Positions 37,382 through 47,132 of a stretch of DNA of 64,000 nt are shown here, in pieces. The notes below the pieces were generated by a model. The model saw only the letters and a list, made by a program, of their open reading frames with translations, was not told the DNA's origin and searched no databases. Made by a program: the position numbers and the translations under genes. The DNA comes from Clostridia bacterium (GTDB taxonomy: Bacteria > Bacteroidota > Bacteroidia > Bacteroidales > 4484-276): the NCBI GenBank assembly GCA_009928785.1, contig SABY01000002.1:10147-74146 (forward strand), in the 5' to 3' direction. Within the stretch, counting starts at the first letter, position 1. Each line of letters starts with the position of its first letter.

Positions 37382-37633
37382 ATGGCAAAAAATCATGGAT
37401 CACAAATCAAAGACGACAAGCAATACGAAGCGCTCAGAGACGAGGGCTATAGTAAAGAAAAGTCGGCCAGAATAGCAAACACACCACGCAAAGAAGCCGG
37501 CCGCAAAGGTGGCGAACATGGCAAATACGAAGACTGGTCAAAACAGGAACTTTACGACAAAGCCAAAGATATTGGCATCAAAGGGCGCTCGGAGATGAGC
37601 AAAGATGAGCTAATAAAGGCGCTGCGGAAATAG
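37382..37633 (+). CDS. small basic protein with C-terminal Rho-N/SAP-like motif
   Basis: WSKQELYDKAKDIGIKGRSEMSKDELIKALRK resembles the Rho termination factor N-terminal (SAP-like) helix-extended-helix. Confidence 0.55.
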   Translation: MAKNHGSQIKDDKQYEALRDEGYSKEKSARIANTPRKEAGRKGGEHGKYEDWSKQELYDKAKDIGIKGRSEMSKDELIKALRK

Positions 37634-37670
37634 GTCATCTTCTTCATCGAGGTAATGTTATTTGAGCTGA

Positions 37671-37725
37671 AAAATGATGTGACTGAGTAGATTTCCATTT
37701 GCTCATTACATCATTTTTGTTTTTC
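37671..37725. terminator. bidirectional terminator hairpin
   Basis: AAAATGATGT...ACATCATTTT 10-bp stem extended by TGAG/CTCA, flanked by an A-run and a T-run. Lies between convergent genes. Confidence 0.65.
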
Positions 37726-37765
37726 GTAAAGTCTTTACAGTTGCCCTACTGTATGCGCAATGGTT

Positions 37766-38254
37766 TTAAAAAAAGAAGACATTACTTTGTTTGGATTTTT
37801 TACCTTTAACAACGGGCAAACCAAGTGTAATCCAACAATGCATGCCACCGCGGTAGTAGAGGATTTTGTCGGCGGGATAACCATTTTTGAGTAAAGTACG
37901 AATGGCTTTGGGCGACTGCGGACACTGTGGCCCGTTGCAGAAAAATATTGCCGGACGGGTTTCGTCGAGATGATCTTTTAGCTCAGCGATGCGATCGTGT
38001 GGCAGATTAACAGAGCCGGGGATGGTGGTCTCAACAAAGAAATCAGCGGTGCGGGCGTCGATAATCTGCCCGCCTAAATCCTGAAAGCGGCTCACAGTGA
38101 GTTCGTCAACGGTTTGCACCCCTTCAGCAACTTGCATAGGTTGTATTTCGCCCCAGGTGGTATCAACCTCCACTCGTGTCGGATTGTTGAGTACCGGCTT
38201 CGGGATCATTTGCACCTTGTTGCTTTTGGGAACGCGTTTTTCCTTGATATCCAT
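37766..38254 (-). CDS. rhodanese-domain protein
   Basis: IDARTADFF...IFFCNGPQCPQSPKA active-site loop and YRGGMHCW. Confidence 0.75.
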   Translation of the reverse strand: MDIKEKRVPKSNKVQMIPKPVLNNPTRVEVDTTWGEIQPMQVAEGVQTVDELTVSRFQDLGGQIIDARTADFFVETTIPGSVNLPHDRIAELKDHLDETRPAIFFCNGPQCPQSPKAIRTLLKNGYPADKILYYRGGMHCWITLGLPVVKGKKSKQSNVFFF

Positions 38255-38273
38255 AACTTATTATTTTATGTTT

Positions 38274-38630
38274 TTAAACACTTCGTTTAATGGTCGTTTC
38301 ATTACCCGTGTCTTCAAAATTGTCAGGCTCGCCGGGGATCCCTTTTATGGATGAGGTGCTGTGCTCAAGCGCTGTGGGGTCTTTGTGAAGACGCGGCTCA
38401 AGATATTTTTCTTTCTCACTGTTGAACTCGCTCTGTGTGATTTCGCCACGGCGGTAGCGGTCTTTGAGTTCGTCGAGTGTTGATTTGCCATCGGGGCCGC
38501 GACCCTTGCCTCGTGGGCGCAGCCGGGTGATCATCACTATTATTCCCACCACTATGGCGAGGCCAAGCAGCCAGGCCCACAGCATATCGAGATTGTATGC
38601 GCCGTTTTCGTTCAGCATTAAAAATATCAT
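38274..38630 (-). CDS. SHOCT-domain membrane protein
   Basis: N-terminal TM helix, then LDELKDRYRRGEITQSEFNSEKEKYL (SHOCT motif). Confidence 0.7.
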   Translation of the reverse strand: MIFLMLNENGAYNLDMLWAWLLGLAIVVGIIVMITRLRPRGKGRGPDGKSTLDELKDRYRRGEITQSEFNSEKEKYLEPRLHKDPTALEHSTSSIKGIPGEPDNFEDTGNETTIKRSV

Positions 38631-38875
38631 TGTCCTTGGTTTAATAAAGTTTGATTTTTAAAAAAAATAGAATCGTATTGTTTGTATTGAAATTATTATT
38701 CCAATTCATTGCTGTAACTTGTTTTGATTAGGAATAGCACGCTGCTGCCGCTAAAATGGATTATCCATCAAGAATAGTTGGATCATGCGATGGGTAGATA
38801 CCTACACAAATTTGTTGCTGCGCTTCCACGAACAAATCAGATACACAGATGGAGCTTCGTGGAAATAACCGCAAC

Positions 38876-39772
38876 TTAGCATCCGGGGTCACAGCCTTCG
38901 CTGATGTCGTGCAGCTCAATTTGAAAAGTAGTATGGCCAATACCGAAATGATCTTTCAGCTCTTGCTGTAGGTTACTGATAAAGGAATCATCATAGCCTG
39001 CGGGCATTATAAGATGTGCGGTAAGTGCAACCGCTGTGGTACTCATGGCCCAGATGTGCAGATCGTGAATATCCATCACTCCCTTCTGATCCAGGAGGAA
39101 ATTGCGGACATCCTCCAGATTAATATGCCGGGGCACTGCGTCGAGTGCCAGATCGATAGAATCGGTAAACAGGCGCCAGGTGCTCCAAAGCACCACGACG
39201 ATGATCATAAAACTAATGAGCGGATCAATCCACATTATCCCCGTAAGGGTAATGAGCAAACCGGCTATTACCACCCCCACCGAAACGCCGGCATCGGCAG
39301 CCATGTGCAAAAAAGCTCCCCTTATATTTAGGTCGTCCTTTTGACCTTTGATAAAGAGCAACGCGGTGAGGGTGTTGATGACCACGCCAACGCCAGCCAC
39401 CCACATCACCTGAACGGAAGCCACCGGCTCAGGATTCCTGATACTTCCGATTGCGTCCCAGCCAATGGCAGCCATGGCACCAAAGAGCAGCAGGGCGTTG
39501 AGAATGGAAACCAGGATGGTGGTTTTGCGCAAGCCGTAAGTATATTTTCCTTTTGGACGACGCGTAGCCAGCCAGGTGGCCAGCCAGGCAAAAACCAGGC
39601 TCAGCACATCGCTGGCATTGTGCACCGCATCGGCAAGCAGCGCCGACGAATTGGCCAGCAAACCATAGATAACTTCCACAGCAACGAAACCAACATTGAG
39701 CGCAATGCCAATGGCAAAGGCGCGCCCGTGTGATACGGTAGCAGGATGTGCGTGTGAATGATTGTGCGACAT
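38876..39772 (-). CDS. cation diffusion facilitator transporter (CzcD/ZitB-like)
   Basis: His-rich N-terminus MSHNHSHAH, six TM helices with the LADAVHNASD and HMAADAGVS metal-site motifs, and a C-terminal cytoplasmic domain. Confidence 0.9.
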   Translation of the reverse strand: MSHNHSHAHPATVSHGRAFAIGIALNVGFVAVEVIYGLLANSSALLADAVHNASDVLSLVFAWLATWLATRRPKGKYTYGLRKTTILVSILNALLLFGAMAAIGWDAIGSIRNPEPVASVQVMWVAGVGVVINTLTALLFIKGQKDDLNIRGAFLHMAADAGVSVGVVIAGLLITLTGIMWIDPLISFMIIVVVLWSTWRLFTDSIDLALDAVPRHINLEDVRNFLLDQKGVMDIHDLHIWAMSTTAVALTAHLIMPAGYDDSFISNLQQELKDHFGIGHTTFQIELHDISEGCDPGC

Positions 39773-39881
39773 GGGGCAAAGATAATTCGTTGGCGGTAAA
39801 ACAACGGTAGCATGAAAAGGTTTTGATGGATTTGGTCGAAAAGCATTACTTTTAGCCGTTTATTTCTTATCGAAAAGCGTT

Positions 39882-41492
39882 ATGATCCGTTTGTTATTTC
39901 TATTAATTTCATCCATAATTTTTGTATCGATATCTCTTTACAGCCAGCCGAACGATACATTGTTGCTGCAACTCGATAAGATGATTTTGCAAAAAGAAAA
40001 CTTTAGAAACCAAAAATACCACCAGATCGGTCAACTCAAAAGCCAGCTTACCGAAGCCCGTCTCACTAAAGATTTGGAACAGGAATACCAATTATGTCAG
40101 CAGCTTTTTGATGAGTATGGCTCCTTTATCTACGACTCGGCATTTCATTATGCCATGTGTATGCAGGAGCTGGCGCATGCTTCCGGGCAACCCGAAAAAA
40201 TAGTGACCGCGCGCCTCAACATGAGTTTTGTTTTGCTTTCGTCGGGGATGTTTCGCGAAGCACTCGACACACTCCGAAGCATCGATCCGGGCTATCTCAC
40301 CAACGATCAACAGGTGACCTGGTACAACCATCAGGCACGCGCCAACTACGATATGGCGGAATATGCCAGCGACCCTTATTTTACACCAAATTACACCTCG
40401 CGTGGCAATGCCTTTATCCGCAAAGCCATTGCTGCTGCCGACTCGGCTACTTATCGCAAATGGGTGCTGATGGCTCTGCTCAACCTCAACAAGGGAAAAA
40501 TTGACAGCGCCCGTTTTTTTTACCACAAAGTGCTCGATCAGTTCGAAATCAGCACACACGAAAAAGCGATGATTTACGCCAGCCTGGCCATCCTCGACCT
40601 TAAAGAAACCGATACCTCAGCAGCCATCGGCAACCTGGCACGCAGCGCAATGAGCGACATCCGGGCCGTGGTGACCGAAACCATTGCTTTGCGCAATCTG
40701 GCCACTTTGCTTTATCGCCAGGGCAATATGCTGCAGGCATACAATTACATCCTCGATGCCAACAACGACGCAGGTTTCTATGGCGCCCGCCAACGTACTT
40801 TCCAAATTTCGGAAGTGCTTCCCCTGATAGAAGGCGAAAAATTGAAACTTACCGAAAACCAAAACCAACAACTCCAGCTTTATGTAATCTTTTTGGCAAT
40901 ACTTGCCGCACTGGTTCTGGCTTCGCTGTTGGTGATCATCAACCAGCTCGTCAAATTGCGCAAAGCACGCGAAACCATTTTACAGGCCAACCTTAATTTG
41001 AAAGCCCTCAACGAAACTTTGAGCGAAGCCAACAAAATCAAAGAAGAATACATTGCGTATTATTTCAATATCAGCACCACCTACGTCGATAAGCTTGAAT
41101 TGCTACGCGACAGCCTGCAGCGCAACATCGACAACCGGCGCTACGAAAACCTGCAACAGGCCGTGGATAAGCTGAATATTAAAAAAGAAAGACTATTACT
41201 TTTTCAGAATTTCGACAAGATTTTCCTAAGCATCTTCCCTGATTTCGTCGAAGGTTTCAACGCACTGTTCAAACCCGAAGACCAGGTAGAGCTTACCGAA
41301 GACGGCGCCATGAACACCGATCTGCGCATCTTTGCACTCATCCGCATGGGCATTACCGAGAATGAGGCCATCGCCAAAATCCTCAACTTTTCTATCAACA
41401 CCATTTATTCGTATAAGAATCGCATCAAAACGCGGTCGATCGTCACCAACAACGAATTTGAGGACTACATCATGGCCATCCGATCAGTTTAG
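39882..41492 (+). CDS. TPR-like / single-TM / C-terminal HTH regulator (DUF6377-like)
   Basis: Signal-like N-terminus, helical repeat region, TM LYVIFLAILAALVLASLLVII, and C-terminal HTH LRIFALIRMGITENEAIAKILNFSINTIYSYKNRIK. Confidence 0.6.
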   Translation: MIRLLFLLISSIIFVSISLYSQPNDTLLLQLDKMILQKENFRNQKYHQIGQLKSQLTEARLTKDLEQEYQLCQQLFDEYGSFIYDSAFHYAMCMQELAHASGQPEKIVTARLNMSFVLLSSGMFREALDTLRSIDPGYLTNDQQVTWYNHQARANYDMAEYASDPYFTPNYTSRGNAFIRKAIAAADSATYRKWVLMALLNLNKGKIDSARFFYHKVLDQFEISTHEKAMIYASLAILDLKETDTSAAIGNLARSAMSDIRAVVTETIALRNLATLLYRQGNMLQAYNYILDANNDAGFYGARQRTFQISEVLPLIEGEKLKLTENQNQQLQLYVIFLAILAALVLASLLVIINQLVKLRKARETILQANLNLKALNETLSEANKIKEEYIAYYFNISTTYVDKLELLRDSLQRNIDNRRYENLQQAVDKLNIKKERLLLFQNFDKIFLSIFPDFVEGFNALFKPEDQVELTEDGAMNTDLRIFALIRMGITENEAIAKILNFSINTIYSYKNRIKTRSIVTNNEFEDYIMAIRSV

Positions 41493-41496
41493 ATTT

Positions 41497-41572
41497 ACGA
41501 TTTTGGATTGACGATTTTGGATTGACGATTTCGGATTAACGATTTTGGATTGACGATTTTGGATTTTGGAAT
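41497..41572. repeat. 14-bp tandem repeat (ACGATTTTGGATTG), about 5 copies
   Basis: Read directly; begins 5 nt after the stop of 39882-41492. Confidence 0.9.
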
Positions 41573-41576
41573 GTAG

Positions 41577-41621
41577 AGACGCACAGCCTGCCCCGCCCCA
41601 GCGGGCGACGTGCGTCTTTTT
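41577..41621 (+). terminator. candidate rho-independent terminator
   Basis: AGACGCAC ... GTGCGTCT stem with an inner CCGC/GCGG stem, followed by TTTTT. Confidence 0.5.
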
Positions 41622-41722
41622 CCCCACGCCAGTGTGATTTTAATTTCCACGGACATGCGTCTATTTTTTCACGCCAGTGTGGTTTTTATTTTTAAATAAG
41701 GCATAGGGAAGGTTTTTAAGTC

Positions 41723-43804
41723 CTATTTCGGATATTCTATGCGGATATGATAGATATTCATCAGTTTCTTTTTCAGAATTTTCTTCACTTTATTAATGTC
41801 GCGCAGGGTGATGTTGGAATTGATAAACTGATCGGTTTCCATCTGTTTGTTGATGATGTTTTCGACCAGATTGTCGATGGTCACCTCGTCGATAATTTTC
41901 AAACTGCGTGAAGCAGCTTCCACCGAGTCCGACATCATCACCACGCTGGTTTCTTTGCTAAAAGGAATCGGCCCCGGATAGGTAAAGCGGCGCGGATCGA
42001 CTTTTTCATCGGGATTATCTTTTTGCTGCATGGCATAGAAATATCCTACTTTGCTCGTTCCGTGGTGGGTGCGGATAAAGTCGATGATCTGCTCCGGCAG
42101 TTTGGCTTTTTTAGCTTTTTCGATACCATCGATTACATGATCGATGATGATGCGGGCACTCTCTTCGTAGGTGAGTTCGTCGTGGGGATTAACACCCGTT
42201 ACCTGATTTTCGATAAAATACATCGGGTGATTCATTTTACCAATGTCGTGGTACAGCGCCCCAGTGCGCGTTATCAGCGCGTCGCCGCCAATTTCGTAAA
42301 TACATTCTTCGGCCAGATTGGCTACCTGCAGCGAGTGCTGAAAAGTTCCCGGCGCGCGCATGCTCAGCTCGCGCAGCAATTTACTATTGGTATCCGAAAG
42401 CTCCAAAAGCGTAACATCCGTCACCAGCGAAAACATACGCTCGAATAGATAAATGAGCGGGTAAGCTACCAGAATGAGCAATGCGCTGCCGCCAAACATG
42501 GCATAATCCACCGGACGAATCGTGGAGAAATTCCCTTCCTGAATAAGATTAAGGCCTGTATAAATTGCCGAATACGACAGGAAAACCACGATGGCTGTAA
42601 AGAGAAACTGGGATCGCTTTTGCAAATTGACAATACTAAATATGGTGATGATGCCAGCGATTAGTTCCATAAAAAGAAACTGAAAACTATTGGGAACCAG
42701 AAACCCGATGAGTATAATCATGATGAGATAAACGTAGAGCGCCAGCCGCGTATCGAAAAATACGCGTATGAGTATGGTGCCAATACACAAGGGCACCAGA
42801 TAGATAAACTGCGGATCGATGCGTAGCGCCACGCTGGTGAGAAATACCATGAGAATGAGCACCAGCAATATCAGGATTACCTTTTTGTTGTCGCGCAATA
42901 TGTCGCGGCGGAAGAAATAGAGAAAAAACACCAGCACCATCAGCGAGATGGCCACCAGCAGCACCTGTCCGGCAAGGATCAGATAATAGTTGCTGTCTTG
43001 CCCCAGCCGCGCCTCAAACTCTTGTCGCAGCGATTCGAGTACCTGAAACTTCGCTTTGTTGATGAGTTCTCCTTTTGAAATAATACGCTCGCCCTCTTGC
43101 ACCATGCCGCGTGTGGATGAAATCTGATTCAGATAATTCTGAAGTTCTTTCTGCGTCATCGATTCGTTGAACGAAACGTTTTGCGTCATCGTTTCTTCGA
43201 GTAATTGCTTGAGCAGCTCTTTGTCCACACCTTCCGATTGCGCCAGCATATTTTTAATTTTTTCGTATGCCGAATGGATATTGTAGAGATCGCCCAGGCG
43301 CACCTTCTCGGCGGTGTTGTTGATGATAAGGGTAATCAGATAGTCGGGTGGCTTATTTTCGATGGCAGGGATGGTTTGGACAATGCCCCGGTTGAGCGTG
43401 GATGAAAGAATTTTTAAACCGCGTTCGAGCGAAGCCTCCTTGAGATTCTTGTTGGTAGCAGACGGGCCGTACTTCAATGCCCAGTAATTGTTGAAATTGT
43501 CGATAAATTCGGTGCGGATGGTTTCGCTTTTCTGGATGTTAAAATCGAAAAATAGCTCGCGATTGGCCATTATTTCGTTGCGTTCCTTTTCGGCTTCTTC
43601 GGGAGCTTTCAGTATCGGGAAGTCGAAAGGCGCTATCAGATCGTCGTGCTGCCAGGGACGCCCTTTGGCGTATTCGTATTTAAACTTGGCCTCTTTCGGA
43701 AAAAAAGAAACCAATATCACCAGGCTCACCAGAAAAAGAAAAACCTTGTAAAAAATAGAATAATGCTGACTGAGAAATTCCCAGATTCTGTTCATGGTCA
43801 TCAA
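41723..43804 (-). CDS. 7TM-receptor HD/HDIG phosphohydrolase (PgpH/YqfF-like)
   Basis: N-terminal extracellular domain, seven TM helices and a C-terminal HD domain (HSLQVANLAE...ALYHDIGK...HHG). Confidence 0.8.
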   Translation of the reverse strand: MMTMNRIWEFLSQHYSIFYKVFLFLVSLVILVSFFPKEAKFKYEYAKGRPWQHDDLIAPFDFPILKAPEEAEKERNEIMANRELFFDFNIQKSETIRTEFIDNFNNYWALKYGPSATNKNLKEASLERGLKILSSTLNRGIVQTIPAIENKPPDYLITLIINNTAEKVRLGDLYNIHSAYEKIKNMLAQSEGVDKELLKQLLEETMTQNVSFNESMTQKELQNYLNQISSTRGMVQEGERIISKGELINKAKFQVLESLRQEFEARLGQDSNYYLILAGQVLLVAISLMVLVFFLYFFRRDILRDNKKVILILLVLILMVFLTSVALRIDPQFIYLVPLCIGTILIRVFFDTRLALYVYLIMIILIGFLVPNSFQFLFMELIAGIITIFSIVNLQKRSQFLFTAIVVFLSYSAIYTGLNLIQEGNFSTIRPVDYAMFGGSALLILVAYPLIYLFERMFSLVTDVTLLELSDTNSKLLRELSMRAPGTFQHSLQVANLAEECIYEIGGDALITRTGALYHDIGKMNHPMYFIENQVTGVNPHDELTYEESARIIIDHVIDGIEKAKKAKLPEQIIDFIRTHHGTSKVGYFYAMQQKDNPDEKVDPRRFTYPGPIPFSKETSVVMMSDSVEAASRSLKIIDEVTIDNLVENIINKQMETDQFINSNITLRDINKVKKILKKKLMNIYHIRIEYPK

Positions 43805-43941
43805 AAATTTGAAGCGAAAGTAATTTATTTTTCGCCTTTCGGAAAATTACCCGACACCTTTTCGGTTTAGTGCAATAAGTTTTGCATGGGTTGAACGCTT
43901 ATTGCCGCATAATTGTTAACATTGCCAAAAAAAAATATCGT

Positions 43942-44730
43942 ATGGAAACTTATGGATTTTGCAATTTGAGCTGTGTGCCTTTGCGCGCCGCTGCCAGCCA
44001 TCAGAGCGAGATGGTGAGCCAGTTGCTTTTTGGCGAAACCTTTGAAATTCTGGGCAACGAAGGCGCCTGGTTGGCGGTGCAATGCAGCCACGACGACTAC
44101 CAGGGATTTATTGATGAGCGACAATGTTTGCTGATCTCTGACAAAGATTACCAGCATTTGCAGCAAGCCCACAACCAATACGCCGGCACTGTGAATAATT
44201 ATGCCACAGACCAGGCCGACAATCGTATCGAAATTTTCCCGGCGGCAAATATGCGGGGCTTTCGCAATGGCAAATTAGTGTTGGGAGCCACTACCTTTTC
44301 CTATGATCATCCGTTACAAAAGCCTTTGCCTAATGCCGCAGGTGCAGAAGTAATAAAATCTGCGCGCCTCTATCTCAATGCACCATACTTGTGGGGTGGC
44401 CGCACCACAGCAGGCATCGACTGCTCGGGGCTTACGCAAAATTCTTTTAATCAAAATGGAATAGCGCTTCAGCGGGATGCCTCCATGCAGGCTACTCAGG
44501 GCAAAACTATTCATCTTATTTGGGAAGCTAAATGTGGCGACCTGGCTTTTTTCGACAACACCGACGGACAGATAACCCACGTGGGAATTATCACCGGCGA
44601 AGGCACCATCATTCATGCTTCCGGTTTTGTCCGCATCGACGAAATAGACCACCAGGGCATCTTCGACAGCAAAACCCGAAAATACACCCACAACCTGAGA
44701 ACCATCAAGCGGCTGATTGACGAAGGGTAA
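43942..44730 (+). CDS. NlpC/P60 (C40) peptidase with N-terminal SH3-like domain
   Basis: YLWGGRTTAGIDCSGL catalytic Cys motif and HVGII His motif. The ATG at 43942 (METYGFC...) is preferred to 43882. Confidence 0.85.
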   Translation: METYGFCNLSCVPLRAAASHQSEMVSQLLFGETFEILGNEGAWLAVQCSHDDYQGFIDERQCLLISDKDYQHLQQAHNQYAGTVNNYATDQADNRIEIFPAANMRGFRNGKLVLGATTFSYDHPLQKPLPNAAGAEVIKSARLYLNAPYLWGGRTTAGIDCSGLTQNSFNQNGIALQRDASMQATQGKTIHLIWEAKCGDLAFFDNTDGQITHVGIITGEGTIIHASGFVRIDEIDHQGIFDSKTRKYTHNLRTIKRLIDEG

Positions 44731-44911
44731 GTTTGTTTGTTGTTTGTTGTTTGTTGTTTGTTTCCCGAATCGCTGCGCTCTCGGGATTTCCCCGATGGGT
44801 CGGGGCAGGCAGCTGCGCTCAAGTTTGTTGTTCGTTGTTCGTTGTTTGTTGTTTGTTGTTTTTTGTTTGTTGTTTCCCGTATCGCGGCGCACCAGCGTTT
44901 TGCATCTCAAG
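44731..44911. repeat. two tandem composite units: GTT-rich tract followed by TTTCCCG[A/T]ATCGC...CTCAAG
   Basis: (GTTTGTT)n blocks at 44731-44763 and 44823-44875, each followed by a GC-rich segment containing short hairpins (TCCCGA/TCGGGA, CCCCGA/TCGGGG). Confidence 0.8.
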
Positions 44912-45005
44912 CAGTTCAAAATTTATTAAATCGTTTTAATATCACTATTTCATTAAAAGGTTTATTTTTGTGCCGTTTTTTAAATCACATTAATAATACA
45001 ATCAA

Positions 45006-45353
45006 ATGATACTTCAAACAAATTTACAACACGTCACCTCTGCCGATCAATTTCAAAAAATTCTGACTGAAAATAGCAATGTAATGATTTGCTGTGGGCG
45101 CATGGGGCCGATGTGCATTCCCGTGTATCAAACCATGAAAAAGATAGAAGGCGAATATGATCACGTAGCTTTATATGATTTTCTTTTTGATCATCCCGAT
45201 GCACATCTTATCAAAAATCTGCCCGAATGCGCCGGCTTTATGGGATTACCTTTCACTGTTTACTACAAAAATGGCGAAGTAACTGCGGCCACCACCGGCA
45301 TGCAAAATGAGGGGCAGATTCGTCAGGTGCTCGATGCACAATTTGGCGGGTAG
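45006..45353 (+). CDS. thioredoxin-fold protein with atypical active-site region
   Basis: 115 aa with thioredoxin-like layout, but CCGRMGPMC where WCGPC is expected. Confidence 0.6.
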   Translation: MILQTNLQHVTSADQFQKILTENSNVMICCGRMGPMCIPVYQTMKKIEGEYDHVALYDFLFDHPDAHLIKNLPECAGFMGLPFTVYYKNGEVTAATTGMQNEGQIRQVLDAQFGG

Positions 45354-45461
45354 GAATATTAATTGTAAACAGCCTGACGGAAGTTCCGTATGGGTTATCC
45401 CATGATGCCGGCAGATGGAGTTTCTTGTCTGCCAACTTACCAGGATGTTCCGGTGAGAAAG

Positions 45462-46067
45462 CTATTTCTGCTCTATCTCTACTTTGCGTAAATCTGTAAA
45501 GCGCTGCTGTACTTTTTCTGAGAATTTTTGCCTTACGGCGAAAGTAAGACGGCAGGTCATCTGGAAGTCCTGCGCCACAATTTCCAAATCTTCTTCTTTG
45601 ATGATACGCATCACATCGTTCATATCGGCGTAGTCGAATTTTACTTCAAACGTATCTTTGATGATGCGCGTCACAATTTCGTTGTTGGCGATGGCGTCGG
45701 CAGCGGCAAATTTGTAAGCGTTGATAAGACCGCGCACGCCGAGTTTGATGCCGCCAAAATAGCGCACCACCACGATGAGGCTGTTGGTAAGCTCATTGGA
45801 AAGCAGTTGGCCGTGGATGGGTTTTCCGGCGGTGCCCGAAGGCTCACCGTCGTCGTTGGCACGGTACTCGTCCTGGTGGTGGCCCAGAATCCAGGCGTAG
45901 CAGTGATGGCGCGCGTCGTAATAATGTTTGCGCAGCAGCTCCAGCTCCTCTTTTATTTCGGCCTCGCTTTGCACCGGCAGCGCATGCGCTATAAAACGGC
46001 TGCCTTTGTCTTTGAAGCTGCCTTCCGATTTTCGGCTAAAGGTTCTGTATGTATCTTTTATTTCCAT
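45462..46067 (-). CDS. yigZ: IMPACT/YigZ-family protein
   Basis: KGSRFIAHALPVQSEAEI...ARHHCYAW...DDGEPSGTAG motifs and a C-terminal DUF1949-like domain. Confidence 0.85.
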   Translation of the reverse strand: MEIKDTYRTFSRKSEGSFKDKGSRFIAHALPVQSEAEIKEELELLRKHYYDARHHCYAWILGHHQDEYRANDDGEPSGTAGKPIHGQLLSNELTNSLIVVVRYFGGIKLGVRGLINAYKFAAADAIANNEIVTRIIKDTFEVKFDYADMNDVMRIIKEEDLEIVAQDFQMTCRLTFAVRQKFSEKVQQRFTDLRKVEIEQK

Positions 46068-46132
46068 GATGAAACCTGGGAGTACTGTTTTTCAGCGTGT
46101 TTTAAAAATTCATTCATAAATGCAAATGTATC

Positions 46133-46819
46133 CTATTCAAAACCTTTTAGCAGGTCAGGGCGGCGGGTTTTGGTTTTCTCGATGGCTTTCTCCATCGACC
46201 ACTGGTAGATGGCTTTTTCGTTTCCCGACAAAAGTATTTCCGGAACCTTCCAGCCGTTGTAATCCGCCGGGCGTGTGTAAACCGGCGGGCTAAGCAAATC
46301 ATCCTGAAAAGAATCGGAGAGCGCCGAAGTTTCGTCGCCCAGCACGCCGGGGATAAGCCGCACGATGCTGTCAGTGACTACGGCTGCTGCCAGCTCGCCA
46401 CCCGAAAGCACATAGTCGCCGATGGAAATTTCGAGGGTGATGTAATGCTCGCGCAGCCGCTCATCGATGCCTTTGTAATGTCCGCACAGCAAGATGATGT
46501 TTTGAAATGTAGAAAGCCGGTTGGCGGTGGGCTGATCGAAGAGCTGGCCGTCGGGCGTAAGAAAAATCACCTCGTCGTAATCCCGCTCGCCGCGGAGTTT
46601 ATCTATCAGGTCGGCGATGGGTTGAATGGCCATCACCATGCCAGCGCCGTGGCCATAAGCATAATCATCTACACGCCGGTGCTTGTCGCGGGAGTAGTCG
46701 CGGATGTTGTGGATAAGGATTTCGGCCAGCCCCTTGTTCTTTGCCCGCTTGATGATGGAGTGATCGAACGGGCCGGCAAAAATCTCCGGAAAGATGGTAA
46801 GTATGTCGATGCGCATCAC
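46133..46819 (-). CDS. trmD: tRNA (guanine37-N1)-methyltransferase
   Basis: [12 protein letters not shown]..., [14 protein letters not shown] and [18 protein letters not shown] motifs. Confidence 0.95.
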   Translation of the reverse strand: MMRIDILTIFPEIFAGPFDHSIIKRAKNKGLAEILIHNIRDYSRDKHRRVDDYAYGHGAGMVMAIQPIADLIDKLRGERDYDEVIFLTPDGQLFDQPTANRLSTFQNIILLCGHYKGIDERLREHYITLEISIGDYVLSGGELAAAVVTDSIVRLIPGVLGDETSALSDSFQDDLLSPPVYTRPADYNGWKVPEILLSGNEKAIYQWSMEKAIEKTKTRRPDLLKGFE

Positions 46820-47132
46820 AGTTCAGTTTTGAAATGGTTAATGCGCTGAATTTCGTTTGATCTCCCGCTGCAGGATTTGATCTGTAACTTCATAAACCGG
46901 CTGCTGTGCGTTTTAAAATTTTGCATCATCCGGCAAAAGTAGCAAAAACGCGTCTTTGGAGCGGGAGGAGATTATTCTTGGAGGAGTGGTTTGGGGAGTA
47001 ATAGGTGGCAGAATGGTTAGTTGCCGTTTTTAAAGTACTTTCATTTAAGGTTTCAAGAAAACTAGAGTGGGCTACAACCCTTGATTTCACCACTGAACCG
47101 GCTAATATTTTATACATTGTTGCCAGTAGTGC

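Noticed and set aside
44314-44919. 201-aa minus-strand ORF containing NKQ(R/K)TTNNK repeats
   Set aside because: Its N-terminal part is translation of the GTT-rich repeat tract. The remainder is antisense to the NlpC/P60 gene.
45528-46208. 226-aa + strand ORF
   Set aside because: It is antisense shadow of the YigZ/IMPACT gene and extends into the trmD 3' end, with no recognisable motifs.
46820-47132. Searched for a tRNA gene or att-like direct repeat marking the left edge of the AT-rich island
   Set aside because: I could find no cloverleaf-compatible sequence, and no repeat of this segment at the right edge (52075-52312). There is only a 9-10-bp inverted pair (TCTCCCGCT ... AGCGGGAGGA) of uncertain meaning.
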